DNA of 64,000 bases from IMG/VR virus record IMGVR_UViG_3300032304_000672, positions 39,696 through 103,695 of that record. The stretch is one strand, 5' to 3'. This document shows, piece after piece, positions 38,262-48,237 of the stretch (the stretch's first letter is position 1; each line of letters begins with the position of its first letter). Source of the stretch: a virus. The notes beneath the pieces were generated by a model. It was not told the origin of the DNA and made no database searches. It saw nothing but the letters and a program-made list of their open reading frames with translations. Both the position numbers and the translations under genes were made by a program.

Positions 38262-41200
38262 ATGCCTGGTAAAATATATATAAAAACTGGTGATGCCACT
38301 TGGTCAAGAGTTAAAAAAGTATATTTAAAAACTGGTGGTATTACTTGGCAGGCAATAAGAAAAGCTTATATAAAAACTGGAACCTCTACATGGAAAAAGG
38401 TATACGATACAGCAAGCAATAGGCCATTTGTTGGTACCGATATACCAAAGATTAGACTTAATACATTTAGAACTAATAGTAGCTATAACCCTAGTGGAAC
38501 AGCCAATGATCCAGTTAATCCAGTAGTTGAAGCTCCTCCAGTTCAACAAATGGGTCCACCCACAACAACTCCAACAGTAGGTTGGACAAGCGGAACAGTG
38601 GGTAATCATTTGTGGGGGTATGACGGTACATGGACTTCAGGAAACGGAAGTACCATAACATTTATTTATCAGTGGCTATATAATCTTACTGGTAATTCAA
38701 ATGATAACAGATTTGATCCGCAATTTTATGTTTCAGGCACATCAAGTTCAATAAATACTTCTTCAACTGGAAGAGCGGATATGTTGACAAACTCCGAAAG
38801 CTATTTGGGTTATAATGACGGTGACTACTTTGACAAAAACTTTATTACATTCAGAGTAGGAGCATCAAATTCTGCAGGTGGACCAGTTTTTGCAGAAAGC
38901 ACACCAGTTTATATTGTAAGACAAAGACCTAGCGGAACAATTAATTTAATAAATACTAGCGTTGATGTTCCAGAAACATTATCTGCAAGTTTTACTTATA
39001 ATAATCAATGGTATAACAAACCAGATCTTGTTAATTCATACATAGAGTGGTTTGCAATAGATTCTGTTGGAGAGGCATTAACGACAAGCAATAGAGTGGC
39101 AATTGAATATTTAAATTCTATAGTTACAACTGGCACAACAACAAAATCTGGAACTGTATATCATAATGCCACATTAGCCAATAAAATATATTCAGTAAGA
39201 ATTACTCTTAATAACTCAAATACCCAGTCTGCAGTAATTCCTATATCTGGGTTTATCCCTAATTCTCCATTTACTGCAGAAGATTCTACATCACCAGGGT
39301 CAGCTCTTGAAGTTACCTCATTAGACATTTTAGATTACTACGGAAATGAAGGTACAGACAATAGGGGCTATATACCAGTAGGCGGTCTGATGAAAATTAG
39401 ATCTAATGTTACAGGCGTTGATGGAAGTACAACATATAGAATTAGATATAGAATGTATAATATACAAAATAGTAGCTACTACGGAATGGACGGTACTAAT
39501 TATGGTGCCGCCGCTAGCAGCGCATGGACTACAAGAACTGGTTCAAGCACCCAGTTTGGCCCAGGAGGAACATATATTAGTGAAATTTCAATTTCTGGTA
39601 CAACTGCTACGTTAACACATAATGATTTTATAAACTCATCTATATTTGGATCAACAACTTATGCAATAGATGGAGTAAGTGGATATGATAGATGGTTTAT
39701 TGAAATAGAAGTTAGTGCTTTAAAGAATTCAGTAAGAAAGTATTATCTAGATTTTGTTGGCGGACTTTCGTATTACGTTTCTAGACCAGCAACACTATCA
39801 CTTACCGCATCTCCTGATAATGCTCAGGTAAATCAAACTGTAACTTTATCTGGAGCAATTACTGCTTTAGGAGGCGGACTTTCGTATCCAAGACAGTATA
39901 AGGTTGATTTTGGAGATGGCACCCCTGATAGCGGATGGCTCCCTGTGGGAGAATATGCATACGGAACATCTAATCCAACTTTTTCAATTACAAAACAGTA
40001 TTCTGCTGTAGGAGAATATTTTCCTAACCTTAGAACAATACCAGATTATTCATCTACTTCTGCATATGTTAATGTTTCTGCAGCTTTATCTGGAGCAACA
40101 AGTACGTCTATTGTTTCTGTTTCCAGACTTGATAGCACATCAACTAGAGTGGTAGTTAGTTCGTCTGGGGCAAGTGGTCCTTATTATCAATTATATTGGC
40201 AATCTGGATCCACCGCTCCAACTACTGCTTCTTATGATGCTGCTTCAACTACAAGTACAGTAACTGAAGACTTTTCTTTTTCACATAATATAACATATTA
40301 TTTTTATATAAGATCATCTTCGCAAAATTTAGGAAATACAATACAAAATGGCACTGCAACTGCTGGAACATACAGCGCTTATGGTCCTACAACTGGAGCA
40401 GCCAGCTATACATTTTTGCAGCCATCTGGAACTATGAGCGTTTCTCCGTCATCTGGTACGGCTGGATCTACACAATTTACTGCAACTCCTTCTATAAGTT
40501 CTGCTCCTAATGCACAAATATCATATCAGTGGCAGTATTTTGAGGGCGGTTCTTTTGGATGGGTTGCGCTAAGTGGAGCTACGTCTTCAACATATACGCC
40601 ACCTTCAAACTATGTTTCTATATACGGATCTAATTTAAGATGCCAAATAACTGCAAATAATGGAGTTGGAAATACTCTTACACTATCTGCAAACACAACT
40701 GTTGCAGCTGCAGCAGCAAAACTATCAACTCCAACTAATGTTGCAGCAACAGATAATCTTTCAACTGGTATTAGAGTTTCTTGGACAAATGTATCAAATG
40801 CGGCAACTTACGGAGTTTGGTGGGGAGGACAGCCAGGATATGATAATAGCCCAGATTTTGGAGGACCAAATAATAATGGCGGGAAAACAATTACAGGTAC
40901 CCCATTTTTGGACGATGGCGTTGCAACTGGAACTACTAGAGATTATTATGTTCAAGCATTTCCTGCTTCTGGTTCTACCTCGTTTTTAAAATCAGATTGG
41001 TCACTAGGAGATTCTGGAACAAGAGTGGCAGCAGCCATTGCTCCAACTGGTGGCTCTGTATTAGTAAATCCATCATCTGGCACAGCTGGATCTACAACAT
41101 ATACTGCATCTCCCTCTGGTTGGACAGGATCAGGAACGATAACCTATTCCTACTCTTGGCAAAGATTTACTAACGGGGTATTTTCATGGCAAGAGCTGGG

Positions 41201-41630
41201 AACTGGAACAACATTTTCACCTACTGTAGCTCAAAACTCTAGCGCATTAGCTTGGCAAGTTGTTATTACAGCTTCTAATGGAGTGTCTCCAAATGGTACA
41301 TCATCTACATCATTTACAGTAAATAATCCAGTAGCATCTACTCCATCAACTCCTGGAACTCCGACTTTGACATACGTTCCTGCAAATAATACTCCCACTA
41401 CTTGGGGATATAGCGCAACTTGGGGAGCATCTACTGGAACAGGAACAATTCAATATCAGATAGACGGACTTGGCAATTCTGGAGGATCAGCAACCCTAGG
41501 TCTTTATAACACAAACTCTGCAAGTTTTAATTTGTCCAGAAACGATAACCTTTGGCAAATAAGAGTACGGGCTACAAACGATGGCGGATCAACTTGGTCT
41601 AGCTATTCAGGATACTCAAACTCAGCATAG
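38262..41630 (+). CDS. Large Ig/PKD/FN3-domain tail fibre/adhesin
   Basis: N-terminal triple (I/V)YIKTG..TW repeat; VDFGDG (PKD-like); YQWQ..ATSSTYT (Ig-like); PTNV.ATD (FN3). Confidence 0.7.
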   Translation: MPGKIYIKTGDATWSRVKKVYLKTGGITWQAIRKAYIKTGTSTWKKVYDTASNRPFVGTDIPKIRLNTFRTNSSYNPSGTANDPVNPVVEAPPVQQMGPPTTTPTVGWTSGTVGNHLWGYDGTWTSGNGSTITFIYQWLYNLTGNSNDNRFDPQFYVSGTSSSINTSSTGRADMLTNSESYLGYNDGDYFDKNFITFRVGASNSAGGPVFAESTPVYIVRQRPSGTINLINTSVDVPETLSASFTYNNQWYNKPDLVNSYIEWFAIDSVGEALTTSNRVAIEYLNSIVTTGTTTKSGTVYHNATLANKIYSVRITLNNSNTQSAVIPISGFIPNSPFTAEDSTSPGSALEVTSLDILDYYGNEGTDNRGYIPVGGLMKIRSNVTGVDGSTTYRIRYRMYNIQNSSYYGMDGTNYGAAASSAWTTRTGSSTQFGPGGTYISEISISGTTATLTHNDFINSSIFGSTTYAIDGVSGYDRWFIEIEVSALKNSVRKYYLDFVGGLSYYVSRPATLSLTASPDNAQVNQTVTLSGAITALGGGLSYPRQYKVDFGDGTPDSGWLPVGEYAYGTSNPTFSITKQYSAVGEYFPNLRTIPDYSSTSAYVNVSAALSGATSTSIVSVSRLDSTSTRVVVSSSGASGPYYQLYWQSGSTAPTTASYDAASTTSTVTEDFSFSHNITYYFYIRSSSQNLGNTIQNGTATAGTYSAYGPTTGAASYTFLQPSGTMSVSPSSGTAGSTQFTATPSISSAPNAQISYQWQYFEGGSFGWVALSGATSSTYTPPSNYVSIYGSNLRCQITANNGVGNTLTLSANTTVAAAAAKLSTPTNVAATDNLSTGIRVSWTNVSNAATYGVWWGGQPGYDNSPDFGGPNNNGGKTITGTPFLDDGVATGTTRDYYVQAFPASGSTSFLKSDWSLGDSGTRVAAAIAPTGGSVLVNPSSGTAGSTTYTASPSGWTGSGTITYSYSWQRFTNGVFSWQELGTGTTFSPTVAQNSSALAWQVVITASNGVSPNGTSSTSFTVNNPVASTPSTPGTPTLTYVPANNTPTTWGYSATWGASTGTGTIQYQIDGLGNSGGSATLGLYNTNSASFNLSRNDNLWQIRVRATNDGGSTWSSYSGYSNSA

Positions 41631-41637
41631 GAGTCAT

Positions 41638-41826
41638 ATGAACATAGAAGAAAAAAGAAATATAATTTTAGAAAGAATATCTCAATTAGATGAACGTATT
41701 CAAATACTTCAATCTAATATAGATGGCGGGTACCAAAATAAAGAAGGCTTACCAAGCTTTGAGTCTTTAATTCAAGATTCAATAAGGGCAAAAAATGCTC
41801 TTATTGCTGCTATTGACGATTTATAG
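41638..41826 (+). CDS. Small coiled-coil protein (possible fibre chaperone); start revised to 41638
   Basis: AGGAG before ATG 41638; MNIEEKRNIILERI... Confidence 0.55.
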   Translation: MNIEEKRNIILERISQLDERIQILQSNIDGGYQNKEGLPSFESLIQDSIRAKNALIAAIDDL

Positions 41827-41857
41827 TTAAATGGTATAATAATGAAAGGAGGCAAAA

Positions 41858-42073
41858 ATGACATTGTTAACAAATGCAGATAAGTTAAACCTTGTAAATC
41901 AGCACATGAAAAGTATTGATTTCCAGATGTATAATTTTCAGCTAGATCTAATTGAAGCAAATGCTGAATCTCCAGTAAATTCAGAAAACGTTTCAGTTAT
42001 TACTGGTAAAATTAACGCTTTAACAGCAAAAAGAACTGCTCTAGAATCAGAAGCAGAAGCATTAGAAGAGTAG
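41858..42073 (+). CDS. Small coiled-coil protein
   Basis: TTGACG-16-TATAAT and AAGGAGG upstream; resembles 41638. Confidence 0.65.
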   Translation: MTLLTNADKLNLVNQHMKSIDFQMYNFQLDLIEANAESPVNSENVSVITGKINALTAKRTALESEAEALEE

Positions 42074-42082
42074 GAATACAAA

Positions 42083-42268
42083 ATGGCAGAAAAAGCAGAG
42101 CTAATTATTACAGCCTTACAACAGCGCATTGGAGAAATTGTATCTAACTATGAAACTCAGATTGCAATACTTAGGGCAGAAATTACTAAGCTTATGGAAG
42201 AAAAGGATGCTAAGATTGAAGCTGTTCAAGAATACGAAAGCCATCTTAACGATCTCACAGCCAACTAA
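42083..42268 (+). CDS. Small coiled-coil protein
   Basis: LQQRIGEIVSNYETQIAILRAEIT heptads; SD AGGA. Confidence 0.65.
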   Translation: MAEKAELIITALQQRIGEIVSNYETQIAILRAEITKLMEEKDAKIEAVQEYESHLNDLTAN

Positions 42269-42614
42269 TTTTCCTTCAGGTATCGCTGTTAAAACAGATA
42301 AAGATACATATTGGATTAAAGATGGTAAAAGATATAAATTGATTTCTGATAGGGCCGCCAAGTCCTGGTCATTTACAACAGTAAATGCAACTGAAGCGGC
42401 TTTAACAGGATTTAAACTGGCTGGAAAACTAGGGTTCAGAGACGGAGCCTTGATCAAGAACATAGCCGATGGTAGAATATACTTAGTATCACAAAATAAA
42501 CTAAGACACATTGTGGACCCAGATTCTTTTATTAGATATGGTCTAAATAGGTCTAACGTAATAGAGGTATCTGAGGCAGAGATCTCAGCCCATGATTTAG
42601 GAGAGAATATATAA
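42207..42614 (+). CDS. Hypothetical protein with two internal repeats; start likely 42207
   Basis: PSGIAVKT...YWIKDGKRY.L and RDGALIKN...IYLVSQNKLRHI repeats. Confidence 0.55.
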   Translation: MLRLKLFKNTKAILTISQPTNFPSGIAVKTDKDTYWIKDGKRYKLISDRAAKSWSFTTVNATEAALTGFKLAGKLGFRDGALIKNIADGRIYLVSQNKLRHIVDPDSFIRYGLNRSNVIEVSEAEISAHDLGENI

Positions 42615-43042
42615 TGAGCGACACTTTTAATGATGGTGATCCAATTGACGCTACCTTATTGCAAAAATTAAAAACAGATGTAGCTAAGGCTACCGCATTG
42701 GCTGGAGCAAAAGCAGTTGCTGGTTCAAACATTAATGTTGGAGACCTTGCAAATCAGACTGCAGCAGAAATTACAATTCCTAAATTTTTTGGAGGGAAGA
42801 CTGATCCAAAATCTGTTACTAGTGGTAAGCGTACTACATATACAATTAATTACGCTGCTGCTGGATTTTCTGGCAAGCCTTCAGCAATAACGCTAACCGC
42901 TATATGCAAAAGTGGTTTAGCAGATATAAAAGAGCCATCTATAGTAAGTGGATCAGTTTCTAACACTGGAGCCGAAGTACAGATTTGGGGCTCAGGAGAC
43001 ACAAAGTCTATATCAATATTTTTTATAGCAGTTGAAAACTAG
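42614..43042 (+). CDS. Hypothetical virion protein (H-type lectin/gp53-like C-terminus)
   Basis: FNDGDPIDA..L N-terminus; I.Y...GFSGKPS....T ...SISIFFIAV C-terminus. Confidence 0.45.
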   Translation: MSDTFNDGDPIDATLLQKLKTDVAKATALAGAKAVAGSNINVGDLANQTAAEITIPKFFGGKTDPKSVTSGKRTTYTINYAAAGFSGKPSAITLTAICKSGLADIKEPSIVSGSVSNTGAEVQIWGSGDTKSISIFFIAVEN

Positions 43043-43046
43043 CCTA

Positions 43047-43074
43047 TTGACAGCCTATTTTAATATGCTACAAT
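43047..43074 (+). promoter_or_regulatory. Sigma70-type promoter TTGACA-16-(TGc)TACAAT at start of replication module
   Basis: ttgacagcctattttaatatgctacaat. Confidence 0.6.
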
Positions 43075-43087
43075 TTGTTTAATATCT

Positions 43088-43112
43088 AAGTCACGACTCC
43101 GTGACTTTTTTT
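43088..43112 (+). terminator. Hairpin plus T-run (terminator-like)
   Basis: aagtcacg-actc-cgtgactt-ttttt. Confidence 0.65.
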
Positions 43113-43127
43113 ACGCAGGGAAGTTAA

Positions 43128-43928
43128 ATGACAAACGATTTAAAATGGATGTTGTCATCCGATCAGCAATTCCCTTATCAAGATGATAAGATGATTGCGC
43201 TATGGTTTAAAGTCATGAAGTGGTTTAAACCAGATGTAGTCGATTATCTTGGTGACACTGATGATCAAGCTTGCTATAGTAAATATACAGAGGGAAGATC
43301 TGCTGAGTTTATGCAGCTCCATAAAGATGATAGTCGTGATTTAATTGTTCCTATGATGCGTCACGAAGCAAAGGGTGCAAGAGATTTCTATGCAAAGACT
43401 CGTGAGATGCTTCCAGATGCACAACTATTCTCTGCTTTAGGAAATCACGATATACGAATATTTGATTATATAGACAAGAAGCTTCCAGACTATGCTAAGG
43501 ATGTAACTCCAGAATCATTATGGTCATTAGACTCTTTGGGCTACGAGTATATTTATTACGACTCATTGCCTAAGCGTCGCTTTGGAGATGTTCACGTACA
43601 TCATGGTATTTCAATTGCAGCAACTGGTTCCGTAAGAAAAGACATGGAAGACCTTCAGGTTTCTTTAATACGTGGTCACTCACACAGAATTGCTTCACAT
43701 ATGGTAACATATGAACTTAGAAACGGCGGAGAAGGAGAAACCCTTCGAGGCTATGAGATTGGTCACATGTGTGATGAAAAGGGTCCAGGAATGAAATATA
43801 CTCAACACCATGACTGGCAAAAAGGATTTGCTATTGCTCATATTGTAAATGATTATCCTCATATTCAAATGATTCACATTGCTCCAGACTACTCATGCGT
43901 TGTGGACGGAAAGACATTCTCGCTATGA
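43128..43928 (+). CDS. Calcineurin-like metallophosphoesterase
   Basis: SDQQ, LGD..D, GNHD, HHG, GHSHR motifs. Confidence 0.85.
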   Translation: MTNDLKWMLSSDQQFPYQDDKMIALWFKVMKWFKPDVVDYLGDTDDQACYSKYTEGRSAEFMQLHKDDSRDLIVPMMRHEAKGARDFYAKTREMLPDAQLFSALGNHDIRIFDYIDKKLPDYAKDVTPESLWSLDSLGYEYIYYDSLPKRRFGDVHVHHGISIAATGSVRKDMEDLQVSLIRGHSHRIASHMVTYELRNGGEGETLRGYEIGHMCDEKGPGMKYTQHHDWQKGFAIAHIVNDYPHIQMIHIAPDYSCVVDGKTFSL

Positions 43929-44113
43929 TGAGATGCGGAAGGTGTAACGGAAGAGTATTTATTGATAGAGTATTCTCTCAAAAACTACACACAGAGTTGT
44001 TTTGCATCCTATGCGGAAAGCGTTGGATGATCAATAAGGAAACGAATGCATTCGGTAAATGGCTAGAAAAAACAGACAGCGACTACGCAAAAAATTCGTC
44101 TATTTCTTCTTAA
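43925..44113 (+). CDS. Zn-ribbon protein; start likely 43925
   Basis: CGRC...CILCG; ATGA overlap with the upstream stop. Confidence 0.65.
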   Translation: MMRCGRCNGRVFIDRVFSQKLHTELFCILCGKRWMINKETNAFGKWLEKTDSDYAKNSSISS

Positions 44114-44541
44114 ATGGTAAGGTACATAAAGTACTAAAGCTTTCTAGGGCTAAGGACGAGGTAATTGCGTGGTCTTACCTGGATAAAAAAAGAATGATGT
44201 ATTCTTATTCTCAGGTAGAAAAGAATATGGAAAAGGCCTACAGCGTTGTAGATGTAAGTAAAATTCTTGGCAGGCACAGGGTTACAATAGAAGAATATAT
44301 ACTTCAAGGTAAAATAAAACAACCTCAGAAAGTATATCCAATTGGCAATCCAGATAGCACATGGTCAAAGTATATGCTTAGTGAATCGGACATATTGGAC
44401 ATTCATCAGTTTATTATTGATGCTGGCCATATAAGAGATTTGCCTTCAAGATCGGAGCTACAAGCTATTCTCAAACACAACTTAATATTGTATACTAAGA
44501 CAGAAGACGGAAAGTTTGTACCTGTATGGAAGGCGGAGTAA
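44059..44541 (+). CDS. MerR-like helix-turn-helix DNA-binding protein
   Basis: YSVVDVSKILGRHRVTIEEYILQGKI. Confidence 0.65.
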   Translation: MARKNRQRLRKKFVYFFLNGKVHKVLKLSRAKDEVIAWSYLDKKRMMYSYSQVEKNMEKAYSVVDVSKILGRHRVTIEEYILQGKIKQPQKVYPIGNPDSTWSKYMLSESDILDIHQFIIDAGHIRDLPSRSELQAILKHNLILYTKTEDGKFVPVWKAE

Positions 44542-44747
44542 TGTCAGAGACGAGAGTAAAGGTGGACCTATCGTTCACACGCAATCTAGGAAACTACGAA
44601 AGCATTAAGATTAATATAGGCGTAGAAGACAATGTGCGTAGTGGAGAAAATGTAGATACTGCCACGGAAAGAGTCTACGCTTTTGTAGAGAACAAGCTTA
44701 TTGAAAAGACTCGTGAGGTTGAAGAGGAATTAAAACGTGGCAAATGA
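44541..44747 (+). CDS. Conserved hypothetical phage protein; start 44541
   Basis: V.LSFTRNLGNYESIKI..GVED; TAATG overlap. Confidence 0.65.
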   Translation: MSETRVKVDLSFTRNLGNYESIKINIGVEDNVRSGENVDTATERVYAFVENKLIEKTREVEEELKRGK

Positions 44748-45057
44748 AAAACAGCCATATGTATTAATTGGCCTTTACGAATCTCTATACCTAGACAAGT
44801 ATGGCAAGAAGCCAAGGCTTAATAAGTTTCGTGAGAAGTGGGCTATGCAGGATGTTGTTGACAGCGTAGGATTTGATAGAGCCAGAGATCTTCTGGTTTA
44901 CTATTTTAAAACTAACAAGTCTGGTCATCCTCTTAGTTTCTTTTTCTATAACTTTGACAAGATAGACTATTTAAAGTCAGAGCGAGAAAAAGATGAGAAG
45001 CATCGTCGATTGCTATTACAAGCAACGAAGGAATTAGTAGAGGGCGGAGATGAATGA
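44737..45057 (+). CDS. Hypothetical protein, possible helicase loader
   Basis: Directly upstream of and overlapping dnaB; function by position only. Confidence 0.5.
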   Translation: MANEKQPYVLIGLYESLYLDKYGKKPRLNKFREKWAMQDVVDSVGFDRARDLLVYYFKTNKSGHPLSFFFYNFDKIDYLKSEREKDEKHRRLLLQATKELVEGGDE

Positions 45058-46298
45058 ATACAGAGGCAGAGTTACTGTCAGCGGTATGCAAGAACAAAGA
45101 CATAAGCACCCTACTTGCTGATAACGTAGATGAAATCTTTACATCACATAAAGATATTTGGGAATCATTAAAGTCATATTACTATAAGTTTAAGGCTGTT
45201 CCAGAAGCTGGAATCCTTATGGAAAGATTCAAAGACTTCGAGCCAGTAGAGACAAAAGCAGAAACTGGATACTATCTAGACAAGCTTAAGAATGAATATC
45301 TAACTGGTAGACTAAAGAATATTATTCTTCAAAGCGGTTCTGCTCTCAAAGAAGATGCCGCTACTAGAGTTCTAGGAGATTTACAGGCAAAGCTTTCACA
45401 GTTATCAAAGTTTACAAATCATGTTCGTGACGTAGATATTACAGATATTGATTTAGCAGAAAAGCATTTTCTAGCAGTTAAAGAGCGTTCATCTATTATG
45501 GGTGGTGCTCCAGGAATTCTAACTGGGTTTGATGCAATTGATAAGGCATACCCTACAGGAATGGCTCCAGGACACCTTATCGTGGCTATTGGATGGCCAG
45601 GACGTGGTAAGACATGGTTTACATCCTACCTTGCTTGCAAGGCTTGGGAGCAGGGCTTCAAGCCTATGATCGTATCCCTTGAAATGTCACCAGAGAATAT
45701 GCGTGATCGTATTTATACAATGATGGGCTCTGGATTATTCCGTGCATCAGATTTTGCACGAGGCGATGTTAATGTTGATACATTTAGGTCATGGGGACAG
45801 AAAAGGTTTGAAAACAAGAACAGGTTTATCCTTGTGTCTAATGAAGGCATGGGAGAAGTAAATGCCAATACAATTCAGTCTAAGATTGATCAGCATAAAC
45901 CAGACTTAGTTATTCTAGATTATCATCAGCTGTTTTCAGATAATAAGAGAAGCACTGGCGCAACTGAACGTAATATGAATGTGTCTCGTGAATTTAAGAT
46001 GCTTGCTATGACAAACAACATTCCAGTAATTGATATTACTGCAGCAACTATGGATGATATTACAGATCAAGATGCTCCACCTATGCTATCTCAGGTTGCG
46101 TGGTCAAAGGCTATTGAGTATGATGCTGACATGGCAATTGCTATTCATAAGTACACGGACACAAATATGATTGAGGTAGTTAGTCGTAAGAATCGTCACG
46201 GTCAGGAGTTTAATGTGTTCTTAGATTGGGATATCAACAGGGGTATCATCAAAGAGATTTATGAGAATCCGTTTGCTAATGACGCATCGAAAAATTAA
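45054..46298 (+). CDS. dnaB: DnaB-like replicative helicase
   Basis: Walker A GWPGRGKT, SLEMS, ILDYHQL, IEYDAD, KNRHG. Confidence 0.93.
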   Translation: MNTEAELLSAVCKNKDISTLLADNVDEIFTSHKDIWESLKSYYYKFKAVPEAGILMERFKDFEPVETKAETGYYLDKLKNEYLTGRLKNIILQSGSALKEDAATRVLGDLQAKLSQLSKFTNHVRDVDITDIDLAEKHFLAVKERSSIMGGAPGILTGFDAIDKAYPTGMAPGHLIVAIGWPGRGKTWFTSYLACKAWEQGFKPMIVSLEMSPENMRDRIYTMMGSGLFRASDFARGDVNVDTFRSWGQKRFENKNRFILVSNEGMGEVNANTIQSKIDQHKPDLVILDYHQLFSDNKRSTGATERNMNVSREFKMLAMTNNIPVIDITAATMDDITDQDAPPMLSQVAWSKAIEYDADMAIAIHKYTDTNMIEVVSRKNRHGQEFNVFLDWDINRGIIKEIYENPFANDASKN

Positions 46299-46581
46299 AA
46301 GATTTCAAATAGATGTAGAGTTTCAAGATAACGCTCAATTAATTAGCTTGAGACCACAATATGAGAATTTATTAATTCAGGACATGAGGGGTAAGGGCTA
46401 CGTCAGAGTACTTGACATAGACCCAGCATTTTCGGTAGAATTTACAGGCGAGACATGGAAGTTCTTAATGAGCATTCATGGTGTTTATGTGGGAAAGAAG
46501 AAGGCATGGCAATTAGAGGGTATAACACAAGGGAAGTCGATACCACGCACTACACGCCAAACCATATCAAGTCGATCCTAA
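46279..46581 (+). CDS. Hypothetical protein; start likely 46279
   Basis: MR.KGYVRVLDIDP.FS....F.M..HGVYVGKKKA; overlaps both neighbours. Confidence 0.6.
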   Translation: MTHRKIKRFQIDVEFQDNAQLISLRPQYENLLIQDMRGKGYVRVLDIDPAFSVEFTGETWKFLMSIHGVYVGKKKAWQLEGITQGKSIPRTTRQTISSRS

Positions 46582-47504
46582 AATCAATAGGACTTGAAAT
46601 AGTTGGTGAAACTGGTAATGACTTTCTATGCTACTGCCCATTTCATTCCAATAGACACACATCAAGCTTTAGCGTAAGTCGGGAGAAGGGTGCATTCATA
46701 TGCTTCAATCCTTCTTGTGGTGAGGCGGGAACACTGCAAGAATTAGTAAAGCGTGTAATGAATAAGAATGATTTTGAGGCGATGAGATTTATTGCAACAA
46801 AAGAAACTGAGTCCTTAGAAAATTTTGACGACCTATTATCAGATGCAATGAATGAGAAGCCTGTCTTTGAAGAGTTCTCAGAAGATACTTTAAGCAAACT
46901 TCATAGCGGTCTTATTAATAGCGATAAGGCTAAGTCTTATTTTAAATCTCGTGGAATTGAAATGCAGGCTGCAATAGACTTTTCTTTAGGATATTCCGCT
47001 AATATGGATATGGTTACTGTTCCAGTTCACAGTCCAGATGGAACGGCAATTGGAATTGTTGGTAGATCAATTGAAGGCAAGTCTTTTAAGAATAGTACTA
47101 ATCTACCAAAGAGCAAAACATTATTTAATATTCATAGGGCTAAAAGAATTGGCTCACACGTTATAGTTGTGGAGTCTAGCTTTGATGCAATCCGTGTGCA
47201 TCAGGCTGGGTTTCCAAATGTTGTTGCTACCCTTGGCGGATTCCTGTCTACAGAGCAGCACAACCTTTTAAACAGGCATTTTAATAAGATAACTATTATG
47301 ACTGATGCTGACCAAGCTGGCAGGGAGCTTGGCAAAAGCATAACTAATAAACTAAAATTCAAGGACCTCTTGTGGGCTTCGTATGAATATGGTAAGATAT
47401 ATCCTCATGATGCAAAAGATGCTGGCGACATGACTGATGAGGAAATAAAAACCTGCATTAAAAATTCTGTATCCGATATAGAATACAGATCTTGGAACTC
47501 GTGA
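46506..47504 (+). CDS. dnaG: DNA primase (CHC2 zinc finger + TOPRIM); start likely 46506
   Basis: CPFH...CFNPSC; VVESSFDA; MTDADQAG; KDAGDM. Confidence 0.9.
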   Translation: MAIRGYNTREVDTTHYTPNHIKSILKSIGLEIVGETGNDFLCYCPFHSNRHTSSFSVSREKGAFICFNPSCGEAGTLQELVKRVMNKNDFEAMRFIATKETESLENFDDLLSDAMNEKPVFEEFSEDTLSKLHSGLINSDKAKSYFKSRGIEMQAAIDFSLGYSANMDMVTVPVHSPDGTAIGIVGRSIEGKSFKNSTNLPKSKTLFNIHRAKRIGSHVIVVESSFDAIRVHQAGFPNVVATLGGFLSTEQHNLLNRHFNKITIMTDADQAGRELGKSITNKLKFKDLLWASYEYGKIYPHDAKDAGDMTDEEIKTCIKNSVSDIEYRSWNS

Positions 47505-47550
47505 TATAATAAAAATACAGATGGATTTATACCATCAACTATAAAGGAGA
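47502..47550 (+). promoter_or_regulatory. TGaTATAAT promoter and leader hairpin of SSB gene
   Basis: gatgg-atttata-ccatc hairpin (47520-47536), then AAGGAG. Confidence 0.5.
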
Positions 47551-47555
47551 AATAT

Positions 47556-48227
47556 ATGAGTATAGTAAAGGGTCTAAAAGACCTCAACAAGGCACTAGAT
47601 AAGCCTACCTATAGCGGTGGGGATGAAAACAAAGGTCGCTGGCTAAAGGTTGAAGATGGAGAAAGCGTAAAGATTAGATTCCTACAGGAACTAGATCCAG
47701 ATTCACCTAATTATAATGACAAGCTTGGTTGCGGATTTATTGCACTAGAGCACACAAACCCAAAAGATTATCGACGCAAGGCTCTAGACACAATGGAGTC
47801 AGAAGGTCGTGACTGGGCAAATGAACAACATCGCAAGGATCCAAAGGCTGGCTGGAAGGCCAGAACACGTCTCTATATCAACGTCTTGGTGGACGATGGT
47901 AAAGAAGAACCGTATGTAGCAATTCTTTCACAGGGTACAAGCGGTAAAACAATTACTCCTACCTTAATTGAATACGCTGGTGAAATGGGAAGTATCACCA
48001 ACCTTATGTGGCGCATTAAGCGCAACGGTTCAAAAACAGATACAAGCTATACAATCATTCCATTGGCAAAAGATGAAGCCCCATTTGACTTCTCTGCCTT
48101 AGAGTTGTATGACTTGGAAAAAACAGCAGTTCGTCACGTTACATATGCAGAGCAAGAAGCTTTCTATATGGGTGAAGGTGGCAATGCAGAAGAGTCTTCT
48201 GCCTCATCTAGCAGCGTAGACTGGTAG
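47556..48227 (+). CDS. Single-stranded DNA-binding protein (gp32-like)
   Basis: WLKVEDGESVKIRFL, YINVLV, IKRNG...DTSY; acidic/Ser tail ending in W; lies between primase and polymerase. Confidence 0.75.
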   Translation: MSIVKGLKDLNKALDKPTYSGGDENKGRWLKVEDGESVKIRFLQELDPDSPNYNDKLGCGFIALEHTNPKDYRRKALDTMESEGRDWANEQHRKDPKAGWKARTRLYINVLVDDGKEEPYVAILSQGTSGKTITPTLIEYAGEMGSITNLMWRIKRNGSKTDTSYTIIPLAKDEAPFDFSALELYDLEKTAVRHVTYAEQEAFYMGEGGNAEESSASSSSVDW

Positions 48228-48237
48228 TATAAATATG

